Shown here: piece by piece, positions 14,554 through 29,330 of the stretch
Layout: the number at the start of each line of letters is the position of its first letter
Position numbering within the stretch: position 1 is the first letter of the stretch
NCBI GenBank assembly: GCA_964016885.1
Contig: OZ024746.1
Span: 56,606,001-56,670,000, forward strand
Source: Eledone cirrhosa
Lineage: Eukaryota
DNA: 64,000 nucleotides
Reading direction: 5' to 3'
Made by a program: the position numbers and the translations under genes
Notes under the pieces: model-generated
Databases searched by the model: none
What the model was told of the DNA's origin: nothing
Seen by the model: the letters and a program-made list of their open reading frames with translations, nothing else

Positions 14554-17480
14554 ATAAATTACTCGAAGAAATTGAAGAAAGAGAAGCAAACCGTTAAAAT
14601 ATATTTATAAGAATCTCTTACACATGTTACGCCAAAGTTGGGCTCCTCAGAAGCTCAGAGGAAAGTAAAGAGTTTAATAAGGAACACTGAATGGGTATGA
14701 GTACGATTTTAACATCGAAATTCATATCTCGGTGTTACAAAGTTAGATGCTTATGTTTGTGAACAAAGGGGGTTTTGCGGTGCTATTTGGAATTATCTGC
14801 TAAAATACCTTTCCATATTATAAAATATTTATTTATTCCACTAACTCTATTTACTACGTGCTAATTTAATTATGCTTTGTCAAGCCAGTTTACAGAGGCA
14901 CAGTTAAGGTTTGAATGTGACTGTTCAATAATATTACGGTTGGTGAAACTTATGTACCGGTCTAAGTTAGTATGAGGCTGCAATTTTAACAAAAGTTTAA
15001 ACGCCGAGAAGTGTAAAGGCATAAACGTCAGGCCCTGCACAATCACATGATTATACGCCCATGGTGTTTAAATGGTACAATCGTCGATCCTGCAGAGATA
15101 CTCTAGGTTTATTCCGTTGGTGTGGAGGAATACGACGAGGCAATCCGGTCTGGACACCATGTAATGCAACACCCTTCAGGGATGACTGGAGCTGGATAAT
15201 AGTATTGTTCGCAGATGTTTAATTTTTAGCCAACCGTTTTAAGACAAGTCAGGGCGTGGTGTAAAATGTTCTGGTACCATGGTATTTGGGTATTATCCGG
15301 GGTACATCTGTAGAACGACTGCTCTTGTCTATGGCCGCAATTGATAAATGTTTCGGCTCGACTGTTGATAAGAACAGGGTGCGCTTGCATGATATAGTAA
15401 AGCTCCATGAGACAGAGCTGGCAGTTTTTCTTGAAGTTGTAGGGTGTTGCCTGGTTGACAATTTCCCAATAAGGGGCGAAGCTGATGCTAACGTCGTTCA
15501 AACGGGTGATGTAATTGGCGAGGGATGCAGAGTAGCTTAGCTTCCTATTCCTAAAAGAGTAAAGATGCGCTCGAAATCTAGTCCTGAACGACCCAGAAGT
15601 GGCCCCTATGTAATATTTGACACTATTGTGGCTAGTAACAGTACATCTATATATAACATTGGCCCTGGAGTGGACAGTTAGCAGGTTCACGACAGTTGCA
15701 TGGCTTACTACGGTCCTCTTCAGACTGGCGGTTGTTAGTACCCACCGCAATGCTATTATTAATATTGTTATTATTATCAGGACAAGGGCTTCCATTGTTG
15801 TCGTTAGTATTACCATAGCTAAGGCCACACAAGGTAGTACCATGTGTACGCCGTATGTTGCCGCGCCTTCTATTGTGGTTGTTCACACTATTGAGGTGGA
15901 TACCGTAGCCATCAGCCGCACTACTATAGCGGTGAGCATGCCGGTCAGGGTTACCACCAACATTGCCGGATGTGGCTAGGGAATCGCTAAGGTTATCTAA
16001 TCTGCCGTACTCTCTAAGATTGTCGTTGCTAGGATGCTGTGTGTTAGTGAGCTTGTTGTAGTTACTTATCGCTATGAGGTCAGCTAAATTGGGTGTAGTG
16101 GGGAAGGATATTTTTACGTTATTCTTATTGAGGATTTTTCTGTATTTATGGTTAAGTGGGAAGTTTTTCTCTAAGGCCTCGAAGAAGATTCTAGGTAAGT
16201 CTGAAGCCACACTCCGAGAGCAAGGAGAATGGAACCAGAGGACATTACGTTGGCGGTTACGTGTAGCTGTGGGTTTACTCAAAGGGCTGTGCTGCCCAAA
16301 TGACCGTTCTTATCTTTGCTAATGTGTTGCTGCCGATTGTGCATATTGTTTGCATAATGCCAGAATGCGCGAGTTGTCCGAATACGGCGGTTCCGTGTGC
16401 CGGTAGGCAGATTAGAAGGTGTAGGTAGAAGGCCATTGTATTTATTAAGCCTGTAAGCGAGGAATAACTCAAGTAGGCTGCCTCTGCTGCGATTAACCGG
16501 ACCGTGACCCTTTAGTTGCGGTAAACCGATGGTTCCGCAACCTCTGTAATTACCATGCGGGTCGTATCTATTGTTGCGATTATCTATTCTACTATTAGTT
16601 ACACTAGCGTGGTTGCGGTGCGATTGGTTATAGATATGGCTCCCTATAATACTAGTCCGAGATGGGGGGGGGGGTTATACAGTCAGCTTTATGGAGGTAT
16701 GAAATCTTACGGTTATAACCTGAGTCTGCTAAGGCCCTATTGTAGTATTCGGCTGGCTGGTTGAAGAGGTCCTCATTAGCAGAAAGCCTCGATATTCTAT
16801 GGGAGATGCTATAGACTATGGAGTTGAGCGTAGACTTAGGGTGGTTAGAAGCGTAATTGATATAGTATAGAACCTCACCAGGATTATGGTACGGTCTGTA
16901 TAAGCCAGTACTTAATTCTAAGGTAACATCTAGGAAGTTGAATATATGGTGGTTGAGGTCCATAGATACAGAAATGCGTACGACGTAAAGAACTTGTGTA
17001 TACGTTTGTTAAGATTCTCTATGGATCCTACCAGTAAATAGGGCGTCGTCCCTATATGCACCTCCTCGTAGCACAGGGATCTCATCTTTAAGTCTGTGCA
17101 GGAGGTAAATACCGACCCGGTCGGTTGCTTGCGCCGAGTCACTAGACCCCATCGTAATATCAAAGTCATCGGGGCGATTGGTTCTGGTCCAGCGGGAACC
17201 CTCGAAGTGAATAATAGTTCTCTGCGCAGCCAGTACTATGTATATCTCTCTTATAGGGAGAATAGTGTTAGATCTAGCTAATATAAGGGCTTTATTTAAG
17301 AGTACTGGGGAAATAGAGCCATAGTAGTTATCTAAAATTATGTTAATCTAGATGAATTTTAGAGCTGCCTTACCAGGCAACTCGGTGAACCAATTAATGA
17401 CCTGGTCGGTGTTGTTCCAGAGACAAACCTTAGCTTTGCTATTGTGTTCGGGTATTATTCTATCAAGGATCACTTTACTA
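14550..17480 (-). mobile_element. Decayed Penelope-like element, Neptune type (RT + GIY-YIG)
   Basis: FDITMGS, YRDDAL (~17040-17058), NFLDVTL..SNHP, RNVLWFHSP..NNVKISF, CNC..CPL, VIY..YIG, CQLCLME..CGH; frameshifted; (TA)n flanks; degenerate HHR at 14611-14654. Confidence 0.9.
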
Positions 17481-18156
17481 ATCCTACCTAAATATATATA
17501 TATATAGGAATGTCATTCGGACAATAATATTGCACGTGTCAGATCATTTTAAATTTATTACTTGTAAGATAATAAATCTATTACTAGTTAGTGTTAATAA
17601 CCGCATGTTTATTCAATGCTGAGAATCCTTTTAGGATACATTCTCTGACATACCGAATGACTGCTTCCACCTTCTGGCTTAGTATATTTTAGATAAAATA
17701 AATTGGAGTAACTAAGACTAACATCAAAAGGAAGAAGAGACATAAAGACAAAATTGTCATTAATGATATCATTGTATTTACGATGAAAGAGCTTTGATAC
17801 ATAACAACCCATCCGGTTAAAATACAAGTGCAGAAATATATATTACCTGCTAAATAAAAACACCGAAGTGAAATTCAACTGCAGTGTCTCTATTAACGAC
17901 ATGACCTAATCTCCTGAATGTATCAAATTATTTGTCTTAATACAAAATTTCACATACAGAATACTGCAAAGAAAAACCAGTGAAGTGTACACACACAGCA
18001 CACCATACAAACACAGATGCGCGCGGTCACACACACACATACATACATACATCGCAACACGACACAGATCTCCTAGCAGCATTGAGTGCTCCGAACGACG
18101 CGCCTCCTGTAACTGTAGTTGCACACCTAATTAACACACACATACATACACATACA

Positions 18157-18190
<34 letters not shown>

Positions 18191-18394
18191 CATACATACA
18201 TACATACATACATACATACATACATACATACATACATGCATACATACATACATACATACATACATACATACATACATACACACACATACATACATATATA
18301 TGGGGAGATTAAATATAAACCACGTACAGAAGCCGATGGAATTGATTGAATTCCGTCGCAGAATCAATACTTTTATGGAAGTAATAATAATAGT

Positions 18395-18610
18395 AATGTT
18401 TTCCAATTTAGGCACAGGGCCAGCAATATTCGGTGGGAGGTGGGTATTCGTTTAACGTGACCCCAGTGCCTGTATGTTACTTTATCTAATCGACCCCGTA
18501 AGGATGAAAGGCAAATCTAACCTCAGACTGATTTAAACTCAGAAAGTAAAGGGAAGTACTCTATTCCAAAAAACATTGTCCATCGATCTATCGATATAGC
18601 CAATCCACAA
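18395..18610 (-). mobile_element. tRNA-derived SINE, diverged; further copies at 12630-12760 (+), 14283-14375 (-), 37690-37905 (+)
   Basis: CGACCCCGTAAGGATGAAAGGCAAA core. Confidence 0.75.
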
Positions 18611-21022
18611 TAATAAGGTTCTTAATTATTTTGGCTGCAGAGGGTGATTAAGGGTACAAAAAATAACAACAATAACGACACAACTAAATCAAGAACACTG
18701 TTCAAAAACAACAATAACAATAAACGATGAAAACAACAAGACAGTCACCATAGCTACATTTCAGCCAAGGCAGTGGTAAGTAGAATAACATCACGAAAAA
18801 TAATAATGATGGCAATACCAAGTGACCTACACCCAACAACATCAGAACCAATGCTAGCATAATGCCAGAAAATAATCTTTTTTTGCCAAAGCATTCCGTG
18901 GATAACAAGAAAATCATTTTGAAAGATATAGTGCGTTTAATAAGAAATATAAAAAATAGAGTTGTATGAATTGATCACATTTCCTGTAATAGAAGATATT
19001 GATGTCAACAGAAAAAATAAAAACATTGCCCCATAAACCAAACCGTATATTGGAGTAGCCAACTCCATTTGGGTCTCTGACATCCGTAAAAATATATGGG
19101 GTAACACATGTTTCAGAGGCAGCGGAGATCGGTTCTTGACCGTGGTGGCAGTCACAGCGCACAGGAATCTCAAATACTCCACCAATACCTGCACCACTCA
19201 GGACAATCTGATGGGTCTATTTTCACTCGGATAGGGAAAGTCAAAATAAATCCTTAATAATGTACCATCTAATACCAAACCAGATTTATGGCAATGATCG
19301 AAAAATATGGTGATATCACCGTAGAAATATTCAAGTCAGCAAAGACATTTATCTGTAATAAATCCGTTATTTCTCTCAATACAGTGAAAAACATCTCGAA
19401 ATGGTTATGTTCAAGGGTTCGAAAGAATGCGGGTAAATTTGCGAGTGTAGAGAGCCAATTGCTACAGTTGCAGAAAATCATGATACATCAGGGCCTACTT
19501 TCCTGCTGTATAGAAATGGACACTCCACACCCCCAGATTCCAACACCTCAAGTCGCAATCACGACAATAATGCGTACAGCGAATACAATAGCTGAGTAAT
19601 CAGAATGGAAGCAGGGACACTTGCGCAATTACAGAACTGTTTCGTGGACCATGAAGCTAGAGTGATTATCATGGACGTGAGCAGTTGAGAGACTTGTTTA
19701 TGCTACAACAGACCGGATTTTTTTAGATGCCTAAACACTTCCCTGTGATTATTACGTTAATTATTATTAGTGAGCGACAGAGGCGGCATTTTGTTTGAGC
19801 GCAGTAGACGACAGAAAAACGGTGGAAAAGATTTGCAAACCTGCCTACGCACTTGATCTAATCGCAATGGGTCATCAACATCGTATTTATATACAGGTTC
19901 AATTTAGAGATTTCATTAGAATACCAATTAGAATCAGTGTTAGATATACACAGTTTGGGTTATGAATACCCCGCCAACATATATATGACTTGTACAGTCA
20001 TCTTTTGAATTAATAGATAGAGTCAAGATCCTCCAAAATGTTGGTGATCGAATTAGTAAATAAATCAAATGGAAATGATGAGTCTGTAATAAACGAGATG
20101 GGGGTTTAGTTTTAGAGAACATTCAATGCAGTGTTAGAGAGTGTGAGTAAATTATTAGTGAGAGGAGTCACTTGATTTCTAGACTTGGTCAGTGGAAAGT
20201 ATTAGTGATGATAACCTGTGCCTCACAGCGAATGGCATAAGCAGTTTCTTATGTGGGGGTTTCCCGTCCGGGTTTATGGACAATTTCCAAACATTTTTGA
20301 CATGGTTATATTAATGAGAGGTACTATTATTTCGAGACAAGCTCCACAATCACAGATGTTTGAAAATACGAACATACTCGATATGCACATGGCACAACGA
20401 AACCGTCTTGCATTCCGTTTTGGGGTCTAGAAAAACCGTTATACACTTTAAGTCCAGGTTCTATACAAAAACCGCTGCTACTTATTTCGAGCCGGAAACT
20501 GGATTTGTAGTCGTCAAAGGGGTAGATCGAGGGAATGTATCTCACAAATCCTGCTCTAGTCACTCACCCTGATTTTTGGTATTCCAGTTCAGCTCTACTT
20601 GAAAATACCCGAAGCCTACCTGAAACTACAACAAATATATCGTATCCTCATCAACACCCACAGTACTAACAACAGTGTAACTTCGTTTGACGGAGGAATG
20701 GGTAAATATTGCTCTACATATAAAGTAACTAAAACGAGAATATATATAGCCGAGAAAATTATTTCTATTGATTTTATTCGGAAGAAAATATTACATTAAC
20801 TTATGTATAGGAAACTATTTATGTTTAGAATTTTACTCAGAATGAATGGACAATTATAATTGCGGCTATGGTATTGCTGCTTTCCAAAGAATGTACACAC
20901 CTTGAATGAAATTTGATGTATCGGAAATAACAATTTGTGACAAATCGACAGCATTTATTTAGCACTAGTAAATGAATCGTCATTGCATCTCCATCAACAC
21001 TATCAGAGTATTTATACCACCT

Positions 21023-21070
<48 letters not shown>

Positions 21071-21084
21071 ATATATGTATATGT

Positions 21085-21209
<125 letters not shown>

Positions 21210-21474
21210 TGTATGTATGTATGTATGTATATATGTATGTATGTAGGAGAAAAGTAGACGGCAACGAAATGTACAGTACAAAGAATATATCTGTTCATTT
21301 AATGTGTGATATAGTAGGAAAAGTCTTTTAACATTTGGGACGTTATTCCTTCATCAGTGTAGGAAATAGATAAAATAGAAAAATTGGGGAGACTAAGAGG
21401 ACGAATAAGAAACAACTTGTTTCGGGGATAAGCACGTATCTGTTCACCCAGTCTCTTTGATAAAGATGAAGATG

Positions 21475-21553
<79 letters not shown>

Positions 21554-21847
21554 TTCAAGAGTAACCAATCTTAAAGAGAGATATCGAGATAGGAGAGGAG
21601 ATATGAGAGGAGAGATTGGTGAATTAGTTAGAAGCCAAAGCTTAAAGGCATGTGCTCAATGTGCAATATGCAGTGGAAAGCAGCTAGGTGGCTGGGTTCA
21701 TGCAGAAATTAGGTGTGCATAGCTGGAAATATTCATTAGTTAAGCAAAACAAGACCACAAATTTCACAAGGAAGACATTATTAAAAGATTGTCAGCATAT
21801 TTTAGTTTGATGTAAAGAATTTAGAGAATAATAATAATATTAATAAT

Positions 21848-22005
21848 AATTGTTTCTACTTTTGGCACAAGGCCATCAATTATCCCAGTGCATTACTGGT
21901 ACTTTATTTTATCGACCTCGTAAGGATGAAAGGCAAAGTCAACCTCGGCGGGATTTGAAAGCATGGCGTCCGACCCTCTACCGATACTGCCAATCCACCG
22001 CCCTA
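21848..22005 (-). mobile_element. tRNA-derived SINE with an internal deletion
   Basis: Reverse complement of the 25150 copy, missing ~40 bp. Confidence 0.82.
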
Positions 22006-25000
22006 ATGTCCGTTTACAATTCTTTCGCTACTCCATATAATATTTCTGGATCAGATGACTATATATCATAATTAATCTGGTTCAGTTGAAAATAATTAAC
22101 ATATTAAAAACAGAACAGCTCATTGGAACTTCAGAGGAATATAAATTAAAATAAGGAGAGTATGTTACATAACATAATGTTTCATATATTGGTTTTTCAC
22201 TATGGTGTCTTGGTTGCATCAGTTGTCAGCCATAATCAAGCAGTATTCATCTGTCGAGGCTGCATTGTGTGAGATCTGCCTATGGGTAACAAGATGGCTG
22301 CCCAAGAACATATTTACCTTACTAAATAGAGGGTTGTTTCAGGGCAAGTAACTCCTCGAGAGATTAGAGATTGTGGGTAGTTTATAATTAAGTGTTAATT
22401 TTTAAATTTTTTAATTGAGAGACAATGTAGGGGAGGTAACTTATAATTATCTAAGTTAGTCATAGCTATTTAACTTATTAGCTACAAGTAAAAATGGGGC
22501 TAGATGACTAAGTTGGGTCAAATATTCTATTGCCGAAGGAATTAGCCCTTCGATGTTGACAGCTAATAGTTACCTCCGTGCTATCGTTAATCGGTAGAGG
22601 TCGTGATAGAGTTACGTAATATGCTTCTGTAATACAGAGATCACAACATTTTCTTCGTCCATTGAACGGTTGGACCCTAGCCACGATATCCCATTTTAGT
22701 GAGTGTTGAACTTGCTTAATTTAAGGTTTTTAATGAGCCTAGCTAGCGATGTCGAACATCTGTTGCTAGGGTCTCAGAAGGAAAAAGAGTGCCCGTTATA
22801 GCGTACCTTAAAAGGGTTAGAGGTAGACCCGATATAAGAGCTGGTATTCGAAACAGTTTTAACCGTGCACTTGTAGACTATGTTGGGTGTCAGGCAGTGT
22901 CCATTTAATGGGCATGCATTAGGGTAACGGCAGTTGCAGTTGCTTCTGCGGTTAGTGAGAGTAGGGTAGTTTAACCTAAGCGGTAGATCAGTGCTAGAAG
23001 GATTAGATGGGGGAGGTGTGCTACTAGAGTAATTATTTGTGTAATGGCGTGGTGTATTTGATAGGGGTGGTGGTACCGCGGTGTGGGAGTTATACTTTCT
23101 TAGTTTATGATGGTTACCGAATGCGATGTGGCTAGCTAGGTTAGGTTTTGTGGAGAATGAGATTTTAATGTTAATTTTATGAAAGAGTTTGTAATATCTA
23201 TGGTTAGGGGGGGGGGTTAGATAGAATAGAGAAGAAGCGTTTAGGGATATTAGTGGCTAGATTAGAGGAGAATGGGGATTAAGCTAGGTGATATTTCTAG
23301 GTCTATTCCTTCTAGGGGTTCTAGTGGAGTTGGTAAGGGCCGTCCTAGTGTTATTATTACCTGGTGATTTGTTATTTGTCTTCCCATTTCTCATTCCTAT
23401 TCCAGGATTGATTTTTAGTTTGCTACTTGGAGTGGGGAGCAGGCCGCTGCCTCCATAAAATTTCCCTGTATAGGTGCTGTTACTGCTAAAATTCCGACGG
23501 ATTTGGCTATATGCTAAGGCATTTTTAGTTCTAGTGTTAAGTCTATTATGGTGAATTGCTGTGTTATTGGCATTTAGGTATGTAATAAATAGATTGTTCA
23601 TAACCAGATTCAGAAAGAGCCTTAGTATAATAATTTGCATGGTTTATAAATATCTCATCATTTGCTGATAGCATTGAGATCCTATACGAGATAGATTTGA
23701 TTACTGCTCTGATGACTGCCGGTGGGTGGTTAGAGTATGGGCTAATGTAGGGGAGTATTTCACCTGGTTTATGGTAAGGGTAATATAGGTTATTGTTGAG
23801 ATCCAGGGTGACGTCTAGGAAGATTACTACTTTATGGTTCGGCTCGATGGTGATAGAGAGACTGTTATTTTTAAAGAATCTATGTAATTGTTTTTTTAGC
23901 AGATCAATGCTCCGATTAGTGCAATTGTGGACTGCAAATAGGGCGTCGTCCCTGTATATTCGCCTTGCACGGGTTGGACTTCGGTTCTGATGTTATGTAA
24001 TAGGTAAATTCCAACTAAATCGGTGATTTTCGCAGACTCACTTGAACCCATCGTGATCTCCCACACCGCCGACCACCACCCCTATCAAATACACAACGCC
24101 ACTACACCAATAATTACTCTAGTAACACACTTCCCCCATCTAATCCTTCTAGCACTGATCTACCGCTTAGGTTAAACTACCCTACTCTCACTAACCGCAG
24201 AAGCAACTGCAACTGCAGTTACTCTAATGCATGCCAATTAAATGGACACTGCCTGACACCCAGCATAGTCTATAGGGGCACGGTTAAAACTGCTTCGAAT
24301 ACCAGCTCTTATATTGGGTCTACTTCTAACCCTTTTAAGGTACGCTATAACGCGTACTCTTTTTCCTTACGAGACCCTAGCAACAGATTTTCGACATCGC
24401 TAGCTAGACTCATTAAAAACCTTAAATTAAGCATGTTCAACACTCACTAAATGGGATATCGAGGCTAGTGCCCAACCGTTCAATGGACGAAGAAAATCTT
24501 GTGAGCTCTGTATTACAGAAGCATATTACATACCTCTATCACGACCTCTACCGATTAACGATAGAACGGAGGTAACTATCAGCTGTCAACATCGAAGGGC
24601 TAATTCCTTCGGCAATAGAATATTTGACCCAACTTAGTCATCTAGCCCCATTTTTACTTGTAGCTAATAAGTTAAATAGCTATGACTAACTTAGATAATT
24701 ATAAGTTACCTCCCCTACAGTGTCTCTCAACTAAAACATTTAACAATTAGCAATTAACTATAAACTACCCACAATTTCTTATCTCTCGAGGAGGTACTTC
24801 CCCTGAAACAACCCTCTAATTAGTAAGGTAAATATGTTCTTGGGCAGCCATCTTGTTACCCATAGGCAGATCTCAGACATTGCAGCCTCGACAGGTGAAT
24901 ACTGCTTGATTATGGCTGACAACTGATGCAACCAAGACACCATAGTGAAAAAGCAATACATGGAACATTATATTATGTATCATTCTCTCCTTATTTTAAT

Positions 25001-25149
25001 TTATATACCTTTGAAGTTCCGATGAGCCGCTCTGTTTTTTAAATATGTTAATTATTTTCAACTGAACCAGATAAATTATGATATATAGTCATCTGATCCA
25101 GAAATATCATATGGAGTAGCGAAACAATTGTAAACGGACATTATTATTA

Positions 25150-25328
25150 TTGGCAGTATCGGTAGAGGGTCGGACGCCATGCTTTCCAGCATAGTTACGT
25201 CCCTTTACGATCTGAGTTCAAATCCCGCCGAGGTTGACTTTGCCTTTCATCCTTACGGGGTCCATAAAATAAAGTACCAGTAATGAACTGATGATTGCTG
25301 GCCTTGTGCCTAAAGTAGAAACAATTAT
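25150..25328 (+). mobile_element. tRNA-derived SINE (Meta-like core)
   Basis: A box TGGCAGTATCGG, B box GAGTTCAAATCCC, core GCCTTTCATCCTTACGGGGTC.ATAAAATAAAGTACCAG, ATT tail. Confidence 0.85.
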
Positions 25329-25450
25329 TATTATTAATATTATTATTATTGTTATTATTCTCTACATTCCTTACATCAAACTAAAACATGTTGACAATCT
25401 TTTAATAATATCTTCCTTGTGAAATGTGTGGTCTTGTTTTGCTTAACTAA

Positions 25451-25521
<71 letters not shown>

Positions 25522-25528
<7 letters not shown>

Positions 25529-26654
25529 GAGAAGAAAGAAGAATACTGCGTGGTTGCACATTGGTTACATATGATAAAAATAGTCCTTCGTCAGTGATGT
25601 TCCAACCATTCTTGCTATTTCATCGCATTAAAAATCATATACCTCAGGTTGGTGCGAGCAATAACTAAAAAAAGTTATTGGGACCAGTAAATCGTGTAAA
25701 GCGAGAGGGACAAGTGAACAACATAGAAGGATAAAAGCAAACCAAAGATAGGAAACAAATAAGCAACATGGTTGTCCGGTCAGCACAAGCTGGGTGGATT
25801 TCATGAGCGAAAGGTACAGACGTCCGACGTGAGTGAGATGTAAGCAAGAAGAGACCCACTGTAAGCCAAACGGAAGGAAGTGAGAAGGGGAGAAACAGAG
25901 AGTGAGTGAGTGGAAGTGCGAGGAAGCGGTCAGTCGATAGAAAGTGTAACTGACAGAGGGGGAGAAAGAAGGTGAGAGAAACAGAAAGAACGGGGAAGCA
26001 GTAAGAGAGAAACAGACAAACGCAGCCGAGGTAAATATATATAAAAAACATGAAAAGAAAGAAGAATACTGCGTGGTTGCACATGGGTTACATACGATAA
26101 AAATACTCCTTAGTCAGTGATGTTCCAACCATCATAGGTATTTCATCGCATTGAAAATCATATACCTCAGGTTGGTGCGAGCAATAACTAAAAAAGGTTA
26201 TTGGGACCAGTAAATCGCGTAAAGCGAGGGGGCAAGTGAACAACATAGGAGGATAAAAGCAAACCAAAGATAGGAAAACAATAAGCAACATGGTTGTCCG
26301 GTCAGCATAAACTGGGTGGATTTCATGAGCGAAAGGTACAGACGTCCGACGTGAGTGAGATGTAAGCAAGAAGAGACCCACTGTAAGCCAAACGGGAGGA
26401 AGTGAGAGGGGGAAAACAGAGAGTGAGTGAGTGGAAGTGCGAGGAAGCGGTCAGTCGAAAGAAAGTGTAACTGACAGAGGGGGAGAAAGAAGGTGAGAGA
26501 AACAGAGAGAACGGGGAAGCAGTAAGAGAGAAACAGACAAACGCAGCTGAGGTAAATATATATAAAAAACATGAGAAGAAAGAAGAATACTACGTGGTTG
26601 CACATGGGTTACATATGATAAAAATACTCCTTCGTCAGTGATTTTCCAACCATC
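25522..26654 (-). repeat. Tandem repeat, ~522-bp unit, ~2.15 copies (family K)
   Basis: Landmark CATGA at 25526, 26049, 26570; (TA)n flanks. Confidence 0.9.
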
Positions 26655-26659
26655 ATATA

Positions 26660-26753
<94 letters not shown>

Positions 26754-28214
26754 GTTAAAAGCCAAGTGTTATATGCTCAGAAGCAACGAATATTGTCGGA
26801 ATAAAAAAGTATTGCAATGCATAGATTGAGATTAACGAAGAACGATAGGAGAGAGCAAATATATCTATGTATATGCGTGTATATATGTTTGAATGTATTC
26901 CCGTGACTGTGGAAATTTTTACACCAGCTGCTGTTAATATACAGGTCTAACATGGTTGAGTATATCAATATAAAAATGCATACGAGACAAACATATCTGA
27001 ATTTTTACTTCATATGAAATCTAGATTTTACAAGTTGCGTTATGATTTTAGAGAATTTGATACTTATTTGTAGAAGTTTAAGTGCGAAATTAAATGTTGC
27101 CTTTCCTGTTTATTCATATTAAATCGTGTTTTCGGATGTGTTTATACGTATAGAAATATGTGTGTGAAGTCGCAATTTCGATTCCCGACGGTGCGGATTG
27201 TCTTTAAGCAAGATTGCTTTTCTCCCCGTTTCTTCAGTCGACGTGACTGGAAAAAATGAGCCTCACCTATGATCGAAAAGGCAATCCCTATAACACTTGT
27301 TACATAGAATCTGCCTGAACAGTGCGCTAATAGAACACGCACATACACGTGTGTAAGCAGATGCATATGTGGGTGTGCGTATGCATGTGTCCAGGTGTGT
27401 GATATGTTGTGATATATTACTGAATATAAAGAAGATACCTTCCCCGCTACTACATTAAGAAGAAGATAGCAGCCTTGAGAATATGAGGGAAAACAATATA
27501 TGAAACCATATCAAATGTGGAGATGGTAAATAGAGATGTAATAAAATAAAAGAACGTCACAGTATTTTAATACAATGTATTGTATTATTTATTTTTGTCA
27601 ACACCACACAGCTTCAGTTATCTGTAGGCAATAATATCGTTTTCTAGATTGTAATACATTTAAGGATGTCACATGAAGCAGTTTCGTTTTTAAATATAAA
27701 TATCACCAAATATTCTTTTTGAGAAGCATTCATAATGGCGGTGAACTATATGAGTAATAGTCGAATAATTCGCGTAAAGTACACACGGAGACGAAAACAA
27801 CTTGGACAAAGCCGCCCACATAATTACGTCAATATATTTGAATTTTATTGCTATAGAATTTTACATTCCTCCGGCGCTTCACAAAGCAAACATGTTAAAA
27901 TTTGATTAGTTCTTCTGAAACAATCGCTGATATAAACATGTATATTTTATTCATTTTAGATTTTTTTAAATGTGGCAGGTTAAATGTTTTTCCCAATGGA
28001 CCAAATGCTGGTTTACTACATTTTTTACACAAGAATATGTAGTGTGTTCCACACTGTTGATCTCCAGGTTCTCATTAACCCTTGTGAAACCATATCGCCT
28101 GAATCAGACACTATACAAAGTGTTTTGCTCAAGAATACATCACGATTGTAAGACCGACACACTGAAACTACTAATCAATTCGTTTTAACATATATATGTA
28201 AGTATATATATATA

Positions 28215-29098
28215 TGAGGTGTGTTAGAAAGGTTCCAGGACTGATGTCACAAAAGATTTATTTCAAACCCAAACGTCACACAAAGATTTTTCTCCTTCAA
28301 ATTAATCCTCCTGGAGTATGTAACTGTAATCTTAGCTCTCTGCAATGATCAAACTTTTTTCTTCAAATTTTATATACATGTTCTCTGTTTCAGGTCGTCA
28401 AGCAATGAGCACAGAGCAACAAACAGACTTTAAGTTTCTGGAACGGTTGGGGAAAACTCTATTCAGAGATGAGACGATGTCACGCTCACCTGTTTTTGAG
28501 TGGTGCAAGAGGTTTAAAGAAGGACGCGACGACGTGGAACATGACCCCAGGAGAGGAAGGCCCTCAACAACCAGGACTGAAGTCAACGTTGAGCGCGTCA
28601 GGCAGATGGTGCGTAGCGATCATCAGCTGACTGTTTGACTGATGGCAAATGAGCTGGGAATCAATGGGGACAGCGTCTGGAATATTCTCACTGAAGATTT
28701 GGACATGCGGAAAGTCTGCGCGAAGATGGTGCCAAAACTGCTGAACGATGACTAGAAGGTTCGACGCATGCAAGTGTGCCAGGACATCCTCGAGCGTCTT
28801 GAACCCGAACCAGACTTGCTAGGGACAGTCATCACCGGTGATGAGTCATGGATCTTCGAGTACAACCCGGAGGGGATCCGTTTTGAAGACGTGGACGACA
28901 TCAAAAAGTCTGTGACGGCGGAACTGCGGAGGTTCCCGGAATAATCCTTGCAGGAGTGCATGCAAGCGTGGCAGAACGGATGGAAAAGTGCATTAGACTC
29001 CAAGGGGATTACTTTGAAGGAGAAAACTCTTATGTGATGTTTGGGTTTGAAATAAATCTTCTGTGACATCACTCCTGGAACTCTTCTGACTCACCTCA
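28215..29098 (+). mobile_element. Mariner DNA transposon, internally deleted
   Basis: ~65-bp TIRs, TA target-site duplication, transposase remnant (VFEWCKRFKEGR, RKVCAKMVPK, TGDESWIFEYNPE) lacking the rest of the DDD domain. Confidence 0.93.
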
Positions 29099-29152
29099 TA
29101 TATATATTATATTATATTTATTATATTTATTATATTATATTATATTAGATAT

Positions 29153-29330
29153 AATTGTTTCTATCTTTGGCACAAGGCCAGCACATAGCCAGTGCATTAC
29201 TGGTACTTTATTTTATCGAGCCAGTAAGGATGAAAGGCAAAGTGAACCTCAGCGGGATTTGAACTCAGACCGTAAAAGGACGTAACTATGCTGAAAAGCA
29301 TGGCGTCCGACTCTCTACCGATACTGCCAA
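29153..29330 (-). mobile_element. tRNA-derived SINE
   Basis: Same A/B boxes and core. Confidence 0.85.

Larger units (their letters stand above)
21551..25457 (-). mobile_element. Neptune-type PLE with long inverted arms (21728-23089 / 24058-25457)
   Basis: ITMGSSES and YRDDAL (~23940-23960) in the spacer; GIY-YIG remnant (CNCR..CPL, IVY..YIG) in both arms; (TA)n on both sides. Confidence 0.9.

Noticed and set aside
18700-20800. Short ORFs that might be host exons or a transposase
   Set aside because: No recognisable domain or consistent splice structure
24900-25110. Hammerhead in the 3' UTR of the large PLE
   Set aside because: Cores (CTGATGC, CCGATGAG) are degenerate and the stems unconvincing
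25522-26654. Possible CRISPR-like array
   Set aside because: The whole 522-bp unit repeats, with no unique spacers; eukaryotic context
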